In this document: one piece after another, positions 28,043 to 35,974 of the stretch
How the letters are laid out: the number at the start of each line of letters is the position of its first letter
Position numbering within the stretch: position 1 is the first letter of the stretch
DNA from: Gammaproteobacteria bacterium
GTDB taxonomy: Bacteria > Pseudomonadota > Gammaproteobacteria > Ga0077554 > Ga007554
DNA: 49,983 nucleotides
Reading direction: 5' to 3'
Assembly (NCBI GenBank): GCA_020053945.1
Contig: JAGVME010000017.1
Span: 1 to 49,983 of the forward strand
Made by a program: the position numbers and the translations under genes
Notes under the pieces: model-generated
Databases searched by the model: none
What the model was told of the DNA's origin: nothing
Seen by the model: only the letters and a program-made list of their open reading frames with translations

Positions 28043-29014
28043 TTACTTGCGAACCGCCGGACTGCTGTAATGCCCAAATTGCATGAGCCGCGCATATCGG
28101 TCTGCCACTAACTTATCGGGATCTATTTTCTCCAGCCGCCCCAGCTCCTTGACCAGTGCGCTCTTGATCGCCTTGGCTGTAGTATCGGGATCGCGGTGCG
28201 CGCCACCCAGTGGTTCTTCGATAACAATATCGACCAAGTTGAGTGCTTTGAGCTTGGCCGATGTAATGCCTAACGCTTCAGCAGCCTCGGGCGCTTTTTC
28301 GGCGCTCTTCCATAAAATCGACGCGCAACCTTCGGGGGAAATCACGGAATAGGTGCTGTATTGCAACATCATCACGCGGTCACCCACGCCTATCGCCAAG
28401 GCGCCGCCTGAGCCACCTTCACCAATCACGGTGCAGATGATGGGTGTACGTAGCGCCGACATGACGAATAGATTACGTGCAATCGCTTCGCTTTGGCCGC
28501 GCTCTTCAGCATCAATGCCCGGATACGCGCCAGGCGTATCAATGAAGGTGATTAACGGCAACTTGAAACGCTCGGCCATGTGCATGAGGCGCAATGCCTT
28601 GCGATACCCTTCGGGGCGTGGCATACCAAAATTACGCCGCACTTTTTCTTTGGTGTCGCGGCCTTTTTGCTGGCCGATGACCATCACTGGCGTACCTTCC
28701 AGGCGCGCGATGCCACCGACAATCGCTGCGTCATCGGCATAACTGCGGTCACCGTGCAACTCTTCAAAGTCGGTGAAGATTTTTGCGATGTAATCAAGCG
28801 TGTAAGGGCGTTGCGGATGGCGCGCCAATTGCGCGGTTTGCCATGCCGTCAGCGCGCCAAAAATCGTTTTGGTAAGCGTCTTGCTGCGTGTTTCAAGGCG
28901 CGCGATTTCTTGGCTGATGTTGATTTCATTATCGTTACCTACGTAACGTAATTCTTCAATTTTAGCTTCTAATTCGGCAATGGGCCGTTCAAATTCGAGA
29001 AAGTTTAGATTCAT
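28043..29014 (-). CDS. accA: Acetyl-CoA carboxylase carboxyltransferase alpha subunit
   Basis: The N-terminus is [22 protein letters not shown], and [10 protein letters not shown] and [10 protein letters not shown] are present. Confidence 0.96.
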   Translation of the reverse strand: MNLNFLEFERPIAELEAKIEELRYVGNDNEINISQEIARLETRSKTLTKTIFGALTAWQTAQLARHPQRPYTLDYIAKIFTDFEELHGDRSYADDAAIVGGIARLEGTPVMVIGQQKGRDTKEKVRRNFGMPRPEGYRKALRLMHMAERFKLPLITFIDTPGAYPGIDAEERGQSEAIARNLFVMSALRTPIICTVIGEGGSGGALAIGVGDRVMMLQYSTYSVISPEGCASILWKSAEKAPEAAEALGITSAKLKALNLVDIVIEEPLGGAHRDPDTTAKAIKSALVKELGRLEKIDPDKLVADRYARLMQFGHYSSPAVRK

Positions 29015-29102
29015 ATCAAACGGATAGTTATATTAATGTATGGAAATTACAAGATGATCTTGCACAAGATAATACCTTATTTTTCGCCTAAAGGGGGGGA
29101 GG

Positions 29103-32100
29103 TCAGTAAATCACCCTCACCCGGTCATTTCCCGCCAGTTGCTTCAAGCGATGTAACAACTCGTCGGTAGGGTGTACGCGCCATTCCTGGCCCAATGCGA
29201 CCTGGGCCCGTGCATTTACCGCATGATAATCGACCCAGACCGGGCAACCACCTTCACAAAAAGGCTTCAACACATGTGCCAAGGAAGCGATAAAACCATT
29301 ACCGGCGCGCGGTTGTTCAATGCCGATCACCAACCGCTGCGCGTAGGTTTCACGGGCCTGGTCAATATCATAAAGTTTTTCGGCGCTCATTTTGAAACCA
29401 CCGGAATATTCGTCAACACTCACGGTGCCCGCCACTACCAGCAATTTGTCTTTTACCAATAAATTACGGTATTGACGGAATGGTTCGGAAAATACCGCCA
29501 ACTCGATCCGCCCGCTGCGGTCATCGAGAGTAATAAATGCGATGCGATCTCCCTTGCGGCTGATCATGGTGCGCATGGCGACCACCAAACCGGCGATGAC
29601 TACCGTTTGGTCACGGCTAGGTTTCAAGTCAACAATGCGGGAACTGGTAAAGCTCGCCAACTCTTGTTCATAGCGGGCAATCGGGTGACCGGTCAGATAC
29701 AGCCCCAGTGTTTCTTTTTCACCGGTCAGGCGTTGTTCTTCGTTCCACTCGGCCATGTGCACATAGCGCGCAACATGCGCATCATGTATAGAGCGTGCGG
29801 CGTGCGCATCATGCACAGGACTTTCCCGTACCGCGGAGACCAGGCCACCGAACAGATCATCCTGCCCTGTCGTATGGTCACGTAAATGTTGTTCAGCCAA
29901 TTGAGTGGCAGCGGTTAGTGAAGCCAGCAACGTCGCGCGGCCCTGTCCCAGCGAGTCCATCGCGCCGGCGCGCACCAGGGCTTCTAACACGCGCCGGTTA
30001 GCCTTGCGTAAATCAATACGCCGGCAGAAGTCGAACAAATCAGAGAATGGGCCGTATTGCGTACGTACTGTAACCATACTTTCTATCGCCGCTGCGCCTA
30101 CCCCTTTAATTGCGCCTAAGCCATAGAGCACTGTGTTCCCATCATGCACTGTAAATACATATTCACAGCTATTCACATCGGGCGGCAAAATTTGCAACCG
30201 CATATCACGGCATTCGTCGATGAGCGTCACGACCTTGTCGGTATTATCCATGTCCGCCGACAGCACGGCCGCCATGAACGCGGCCGGATAATGTGCCTTG
30301 AGCCACGCCGTTTGGTACGACAATAACGCATACGCCGCCGAGTGCGATTTATTGAAACCGTACCCTGCGAACTTTTCCATCAAGTCAAAAATATAGGCCG
30401 CCGTTTTTTCCGCAACGCCATTATTTTTCGCGCCCTCCACAAAAATCGCGCGTTGTTGCGCCATTTCTTCGGCTTTTTTCTTACCCATGGCGCGCCGCAA
30501 TAAATCGGCGGCACCCAGCGTATAACCCGCTAACACCTGCGCAATTTGCATTACTTGCTCTTGATAAAGAATCACGCCATAGGTGGGCTTAAGAATCGTT
30601 TCAAGCGCCGGGTGCGGGTACTCTACTTTGGTGCGTTTATGTTTGCGGTTGATAAAGTCATCCACCATGCCCGACTGCAATGGGCCAGGGCGAAACAGTG
30701 CGACCAAGGCAATAATATCTTCAAAGCAATCAGGTTGCAGGCGTTTGATCAAATCTTTCATGCCGCGCGACTCCAGTTGGAATATCGCGGTGGTGGCGCA
30801 ACGCTTGAGTAATGCAAAAGAGCGTTCATCCTCCAGCGGAATGCGCGTGATGTCTATGGGCGGTTCACCGGCCACGGCGCGGATGCGGTTAATATTTTTC
30901 ACCGCCCAATCAATGATCGTGAGTGTGCGCAGCCCCAGAAAGTCGAACTTGACCAAACCAACCGCTTCAACGTCATCCTTGTCGAATTGCGTCACTGTGC
31001 TGGTGGCGCCTTGCTCACAGTACAGCGGCGTAAAATCCGTGAGTGGCCCCGGCGCAATCACCACGCCACCCGCATGTTTGCCAGCGTTGCGCGTAAGCCC
31101 TTCCAGTGAACGCGCCAGATCAATCAGGGCACGCACATCCTCCTCTTGTTCGTAACGGCGGCGCAATATCTCTTCATCTTCCAGCGCTTTTTCCAGCGTG
31201 ATGCCCAGTTCAAAGGGAATCAGCTTGGCAATCTGGTCAACAAAGCCGTAGGGATGCCCCAGCACACGCCCCACATCACGCACCACGGCTTTGGCGGCCA
31301 TGCTGCCGTAAGTAATGATTTGCGAGACGCGATCATGGCCGTAATGCTGCATCACGTATTCAATCACCCGGTCACGGCCTTCCATACAGAAGTCAATATC
31401 AAAGTCGGGCAACGAGACACGTTCAGGATTCAAAAAGCGCTCGAACAGCAGCTCATAACGCAGCGGATCAAGATCGGTGATTTCCAGCGCATACGCCACC
31501 AGAGAACCGGCACCCGAACCGCGTCCCGGCCCCACCGGCACATCGTTTTCCCTGGCCCAGCGGATGAAATCCGCCACAATCAAAAAATAGCCCGCAAAGC
31601 CCATGCTGTTAATCACGCCAAGCTCAAGCACCAGGCGTTCATCATACGCCACGCGTTGTTGCGCAAACTTTTCGGATTGCCTGTCAAATAAAGTCGTCAG
31701 GCGTTTTTCCAGGCCATCGCGGGCGCACTGATCGAAATACGCATCCGGCGTTAAACCCGGCGGCACCGGAAAATCCGGCAGAAAGTTTTTGCCCAGCGTC
31801 AATTCCAGATTGCAACGTTGCGCAATTTCTACAGTATTTTCCAGCGCTTCGGGTAAATCCGCAAACAGCTCTGCCATCTCTTGCGGGCTGCGCAGATATT
31901 GTTGCTCGGAATACAGACGGGGACGACGCGAATCATTCAGCACACGGCCATCATGGATACATACGCGCGCATCGTGCGCATAAAAATCATCCTGACGAAT
32001 AAAATGCACATCATTGGTCGCTACCACGGGCACATCCAGCGCCTGTGCCAAATCCACAGCCGCCAATAGATAGTCTTCTTCCTGCTCACGCCCGGTACGA

Positions 32101-32609
32101 TGCAGCTCCAGGTAAAAGCGGTCTGGAAACAGCGACAACCACTCTGCAAGCAAACGCTCCGCCAGCACACGATTACCCGCCAGCAGCGCCTGACCGATGT
32201 CACCCCCGCGTCCGCCCGACAGTGCGATCAAACCATCGCTGGTACCTTGCAGCCAATCCTTGCGCACCGTCGGCACGCCACGTTGCTGGCCTTCGATATA
32301 ACTGCGCGAAATCAGCCGAGTCAGATTCAGATACCCTACCCGATTTTGACACAGCAATACCACGCGCGTCGGCTGGTTTGCGTCGGTATCATTATGCAGC
32401 CACACATCCACACCAATAATCGGCTTCACCCCCGCCGCCATCGCCGCACGGTAAAACTTCACCATCGCAAACAGGTTGGACTGATCCGTCACCGCCACCG
32501 CTGGCATACCCGCCGCTGCGGCTGCCTTCACCAAAGGCTTGAGGCGCACGATGCCATTAATCAACGAATATTCGCTGTGTACGCGAAGATGAATAAATCC
32601 GGGGGTCAT
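29103..32609 (-). CDS. dnaE: DNA polymerase III alpha subunit
   Basis: It is 1168 aa. The PHP domain starts FIHLRVHSEYSL. The polymerase core includes GPGRGSGAGSLVAYAL and DFDIDF. Confidence 0.97.
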   Translation of the reverse strand: MTPGFIHLRVHSEYSLINGIVRLKPLVKAAAAAGMPAVAVTDQSNLFAMVKFYRAAMAAGVKPIIGVDVWLHNDTDANQPTRVVLLCQNRVGYLNLTRLISRSYIEGQQRGVPTVRKDWLQGTSDGLIALSGGRGGDIGQALLAGNRVLAERLLAEWLSLFPDRFYLELHRTGREQEEDYLLAAVDLAQALDVPVVATNDVHFIRQDDFYAHDARVCIHDGRVLNDSRRPRLYSEQQYLRSPQEMAELFADLPEALENTVEIAQRCNLELTLGKNFLPDFPVPPGLTPDAYFDQCARDGLEKRLTTLFDRQSEKFAQQRVAYDERLVLELGVINSMGFAGYFLIVADFIRWARENDVPVGPGRGSGAGSLVAYALEITDLDPLRYELLFERFLNPERVSLPDFDIDFCMEGRDRVIEYVMQHYGHDRVSQIITYGSMAAKAVVRDVGRVLGHPYGFVDQIAKLIPFELGITLEKALEDEEILRRRYEQEEDVRALIDLARSLEGLTRNAGKHAGGVVIAPGPLTDFTPLYCEQGATSTVTQFDKDDVEAVGLVKFDFLGLRTLTIIDWAVKNINRIRAVAGEPPIDITRIPLEDERSFALLKRCATTAIFQLESRGMKDLIKRLQPDCFEDIIALVALFRPGPLQSGMVDDFINRKHKRTKVEYPHPALETILKPTYGVILYQEQVMQIAQVLAGYTLGAADLLRRAMGKKKAEEMAQQRAIFVEGAKNNGVAEKTAAYIFDLMEKFAGYGFNKSHSAAYALLSYQTAWLKAHYPAAFMAAVLSADMDNTDKVVTLIDECRDMRLQILPPDVNSCEYVFTVHDGNTVLYGLGAIKGVGAAAIESMVTVRTQYGPFSDLFDFCRRIDLRKANRRVLEALVRAGAMDSLGQGRATLLASLTAATQLAEQHLRDHTTGQDDLFGGLVSAVRESPVHDAHAARSIHDAHVARYVHMAEWNEEQRLTGEKETLGLYLTGHPIARYEQELASFTSSRIVDLKPSRDQTVVIAGLVVAMRTMISRKGDRIAFITLDDRSGRIELAVFSEPFRQYRNLLVKDKLLVVAGTVSVDEYSGGFKMSAEKLYDIDQARETYAQRLVIGIEQPRAGNGFIASLAHVLKPFCEGGCPVWVDYHAVNARAQVALGQEWRVHPTDELLHRLKQLAGNDRVRVIY

Positions 32610-32700
32610 TGTGCCGTTTTTAATTTGAGGATAGGAGGGGATATTATAGCGGGAACAGGCGGCCTGCGCGGGGTGGAACTTAAAAAATAAATTTTATATT

Positions 32701-33285
32701 TTACAATAGCTTACGAACAGGCCCAAACGAGCGGCGATGTATCGCCGAAACGCCCAGCACATCCAGCGCCAGCACATGCGCTTTGGTGGGATACCCCTTG
32801 TGCTGCGCGAGTCCGTAACCGGGGTAATGCGTATCGAGCGTGATCATCTCGCTGTCTCGTGCCACTTTGGCGATGATGGATGCAGCGCTGATGGCAGGCA
32901 CGGTTTGGTCGCCTTTGATAATCGCCAGCGCAGAGCACAACAACTTGGGCAAGCGGTTACCATCAACGACGGCGTATTCAGGCGCGATGGCCAATGCGGC
33001 GACGGCGCGTTGCATGGCTAACAGACTGGCTTGCAAGATATTTAACGCATCAATTTCTTCAACTTCGGCACGCCCCAGCGCCCATGCCAGGGCTTTCTCG
33101 CGAATCTCAATGCTCAATGCCTCGCGGCGTTTTTCTGTTAATGCCTTGGAATCGGCTAATCCCGCAATCGGTCGCGCCGGATCAAGAATTACGGCAGCCG
33201 CAACCACCGGTCCCGCCAGCGGGCCACGCCCTACTTCGTCTACGCCTGCCAAGAAGCGTAGATTTTGCCATGATCCAGACATCAT
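32701..33285 (-). CDS. rnhB: Ribonuclease HII
   Basis: [34 protein letters not shown] and the C-terminal HRRSF are present. Confidence 0.95.
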   Translation of the reverse strand: MMSGSWQNLRFLAGVDEVGRGPLAGPVVAAAVILDPARPIAGLADSKALTEKRREALSIEIREKALAWALGRAEVEEIDALNILQASLLAMQRAVAALAIAPEYAVVDGNRLPKLLCSALAIIKGDQTVPAISAASIIAKVARDSEMITLDTHYPGYGLAQHKGYPTKAHVLALDVLGVSAIHRRSFGPVRKLL

Positions 33286-33466
33286 TTTCCTTTCCTTTTA
33301 TTTTTCGGTAATTGTGATGCCTACCTCACAATGGCTTCCGATATTTTTACTTTCATGGGATGGAAAAGAAAAATGTCAAAAATCAAGACGTGACCCCAAA
33401 GATGTGCTCAATAATGCAATAATGTAATCCTGACCCCGGCATAGTCGTGACCCCAGCTATAGTCAC

Positions 33467-35047
33467 TTAACCACGATCATATCTAAGTGAAGCTTTACGT
33501 ATTGTTTCATCCTTATCACTGGCGCTAAGGTCGACAATTTGAAATTCGTGCACCTTCCTTGCTGCGGTGTACTGACTCAGATCTAACATATAGGCTTCAA
33601 ATATTTCGCCAGAAGCCCCCTTCTTGAGGGTTACTCGAGACTTAACAGGATGTATTAATCTCAAATCAATAAGTTGATCAATCGAATCTCTAGCTGGCCC
33701 AGAAAGTTTTTTCGACACTAAAAAAACATTACATTTAGATGTCTCAGTGCAGAAGGTTACCAGCTGCTGGAAGGCCTTTTCCAATAATAACCTGTCTGTA
33801 TCCGAATCAAGTTTAAACTCTTCTTGCTTGATTGGATCATAATCACCGGTAGCGAGATTCACATCCTCCGCTCCAATTTTCGGCCCACGATGATGTGTCT
33901 GCCCACGATTTCTGGCCTGAGATATCGAATATGAAAAAATCCCTATGAAATCTCTCGTCACCCCACCTGATGCAATTATCAGTCGATCAATTGCTGTCGG
34001 ATTTATCAAATCTTTTATGGTCAGAGGTGGTGCCGTCTCTGCCATCAGATTTCCCAATATTTTCTTCAGAAATTCGCGCAGTGTATCGAATTTTTCGAGA
34101 GAGATATCCAGGTTTATTTCTTTGGCATCGTCGCCTAGCTTCATCCCTATCGGGGGGTCAGAATGTTGATACCACTCGCTACGATGCTTAATAGTCCCCA
34201 CCTTTAGCCATAAATTATTTCCTTTCGCAATCCGATGAAAATAGTCGATAACTTTTGCTTGGTCTGCTTTCCGGATGTGATAAAGATCGTCCAATATCAA
34301 AAACGATGACCCGTCTGAGAGCCTAGACAACTCTTGAAAGAAACGCTGAAAGCGAAGAATGTTTTGATGCAAATACTCCACTTTGTGAGAAACGTACGTG
34401 GATTTCTCCTCCGTCGTGCCTGCCGATTTCACTCCGAGACTCGCCTTGCTTTTCACATCTGCTCCGGGGATCCCCACGTTTGCATCTAGTTCAACCCCTG
34501 CGGTTTGTTCGTCTGAGCGAGTTTGTTTGATCTGCATTGCGGCCGACTCAGGAGCGCGAAGTTGATTTTCTAAATCCTCGATCATTGAATCAAGAGTACT
34601 GCTCAATGTTATCGTTTTTACCTTATTAAACGGCGGGCGCTTTGGAAGCGTACCAAATAACCGACTCCAGAATGACTTCTTGTTAGTAGGTGCCGTTGCA
34701 GCATCTTCGAGCCATTTCTTAAATTCATAAAGACTCTTTATGAGTACACTTATTAACACATCTGGATATGAATGCCCTTTGAAAGTCTCCATATCCACGA
34801 ATGCTATTGGGCGACGATCTATGGTTAACTCGGCCGTCGTTTTCCTCAGCAGGCTCGATTTACCTGAACCACGTCTTCCGAAAATAATGTGGTGTTGATT
34901 CGACGTTGCTCGCGAAAGAACCCCAGGAGCAGGCTCAATAAACCGTCGGGCTCCTTCTGGAGTAGCACGCGTTACCTCCTCGCATAGAACTAACAGCTTG
35001 TCTACGGCCTCTGAGCTTAATTGGGAATCTATGCTTTTTTTTGCCAT
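33467..35047 (-). CDS. Orphan AAA+/ORC-Cdc6-like P-loop ATPase with a long Walker A-Walker B insert and a putative C-terminal winged helix
   Basis: Walker A is GRRGSGKSS (aa 57-65) and Walker B-like is SFLILDDLY (aa 248-256). A sensor-2-like IASGGVTRDF is present. GGAG lies 8 nt upstream of the ATG. AT content is much higher than in the flanking genes. Confidence 0.7.
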   Translation of the reverse strand: MAKKSIDSQLSSEAVDKLLVLCEEVTRATPEGARRFIEPAPGVLSRATSNQHHIIFGRRGSGKSSLLRKTTAELTIDRRPIAFVDMETFKGHSYPDVLISVLIKSLYEFKKWLEDAATAPTNKKSFWSRLFGTLPKRPPFNKVKTITLSSTLDSMIEDLENQLRAPESAAMQIKQTRSDEQTAGVELDANVGIPGADVKSKASLGVKSAGTTEEKSTYVSHKVEYLHQNILRFQRFFQELSRLSDGSSFLILDDLYHIRKADQAKVIDYFHRIAKGNNLWLKVGTIKHRSEWYQHSDPPIGMKLGDDAKEINLDISLEKFDTLREFLKKILGNLMAETAPPLTIKDLINPTAIDRLIIASGGVTRDFIGIFSYSISQARNRGQTHHRGPKIGAEDVNLATGDYDPIKQEEFKLDSDTDRLLLEKAFQQLVTFCTETSKCNVFLVSKKLSGPARDSIDQLIDLRLIHPVKSRVTLKKGASGEIFEAYMLDLSQYTAARKVHEFQIVDLSASDKDETIRKASLRYDRG

Positions 35048-35128
35048 ATTGATTCTCCGCTTCGTTTTACCTAACGTCCTATTTGTAATGGTCTAATAAT
35101 CTTGGACAACTCGGTAAGTTGGGCTATA

Positions 35129-35159
35129 GGTTGGTGCTGAGCTTGCGAAGCCCAACATC
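35129..35159 (-). repeat. REP copy 1: GGTTGGTGCTGAGCTTGCGAAGCCCAACATC
   Basis: It is identical over 31 nt to REP copy 3 (35346-35376). Confidence 0.85.
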
Positions 35160-35247
35160 TCACAGATCACCATAATCGCCCAGCTTATCATCCACGTGCC
35201 CATCCCAATCTGCTGTACTATTCCATTTTCAATGTAATTGTGTCCAG
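35160..35247 (-). pseudogene. Decayed duplicate of the 3' end (about the last 29 codons) of the RAYT gene
   Basis: It aligns base-for-base with 35377-35465 at roughly 80% identity by eye, including the stop codon abutting the REP. It has no upstream coding continuation. Confidence 0.75.
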
Positions 35248-35271
35248 TAAAACATGTTTTTTCGACCATCT

Positions 35272-35303
35272 GATGTTGGGCTTCATTGCATTCAGCGCCA
35301 ACC
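35272..35303 (+). repeat. REP copy 2: GATGTTGGGCTTCATTGCATTCAGCGCCAACC
   Basis: With flanking bases, it is identical over 36 nt (CTGATGTTGGG...CCAACCTA) to REP copy 4. It is inverted relative to copies 1 and 3. Confidence 0.85.
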
Positions 35304-35345
35304 TATCCGAACTGTAGGGTGCCATCAACGCAATATGTGGAACAA

Positions 35346-35376
35346 GGTTGGTGCTGAGCTTGCGAAGCCCAACATC
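35346..35376 (-). repeat. REP copy 3, directly abutting the RAYT stop codon
   Basis: See copy 1. Together with copy 2, which lies 42 bp away in inverted orientation, it forms a BIME-like pair. Confidence 0.85.
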
Positions 35377-35907
35377 TCACAGCTCACCATAACCGTCCAG
35401 CTTATCATCCATGCGCCCGCCCCAATCTGCGGTTACTATTCCACGTTCAACGTAGCTGTGCAAGGTTGAGTGCGGCCAATCTACAGGGCGCATAACCAAA
35501 CCATGCTTTACGGGATTGTAATGAATGTAATCGACGTGCCGCGCAAGATCAATGTCATCTCGGATTTGATGTTCCCAATATCGCCGTTGCCAGATACCAC
35601 GCTCTCGCTTGGCCTGTCGGCTGGCACTGACGCGCTCACCTTTTGCCAGCCGCCGCGAGAACCCGGACTTGATGAGTGACCAGCGCAGCGGATAATCCGC
35701 ATCCCCCGGCGACAAGCGCCATATTGCATGCAGGTGTTCGGGTAACACGACCATGGCCAGAATGGAAAAGGGATGCTTTTCTTTCACCGTTTTTATCGCG
35801 GCGCGCAATTCACCAATGTGCCGTACCAATGTATCAGAACGGCGTTCGGCGAGGTTGGCGGTGAAAAAATAGGTGCCTCCCGCTACATCGGCGCGCCGGT
35901 AATGCAT
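35377..35907 (-). CDS. REP-associated tyrosine transposase (RAYT; IS200/IS605-like Y1 HUH enzyme)
   Basis: The HUH motif is LPEHLHAIW and the catalytic Tyr region is VDYIHYNPVKHG. GTYFFTANL is also present. The gene is bracketed by inverted REPs (copies 3 and 4). Confidence 0.88.
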   Translation of the reverse strand: MHYRRADVAGGTYFFTANLAERRSDTLVRHIGELRAAIKTVKEKHPFSILAMVVLPEHLHAIWRLSPGDADYPLRWSLIKSGFSRRLAKGERVSASRQAKRERGIWQRRYWEHQIRDDIDLARHVDYIHYNPVKHGLVMRPVDWPHSTLHSYVERGIVTADWGGRMDDKLDGYGEL

Positions 35908-35924
35908 GCGTTTGTTTACCTCCT

Positions 35925-35956
35925 GATGTTGGGCTTCATTGCATTCAGCGCCAACC
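35925..35956 (+). repeat. REP copy 4, 17 nt upstream of the RAYT start
   Basis: It is identical to REP copy 2. Confidence 0.85.
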
Positions 35957-35974
35957 TACCAAACCACCCTCTCC

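Larger units (their letters stand above)
33286..35974. mobile_element. Inserted accessory island splitting the lpxB-rnhB junction (orphan ATPase + RAYT + REP cluster)
   Basis: lpxB and rnhB are normally adjacent in the lpxA-lpxB-rnhB-dnaE block. Here about 2.7 kb intervenes, and the ATPase part is visibly AT-rich. No integrase or long terminal direct repeats were seen. Confidence 0.55.

Noticed and set aside
28028-28045. An AccA-TilS fusion protein produced by TAA read-through, as the main explanation for the missing tilS start.
   Set aside because: TAA is the most efficient stop codon, and a good SD-CTG arrangement lies immediately downstream. The idea is kept only as a minor alternative within the tilS finding.
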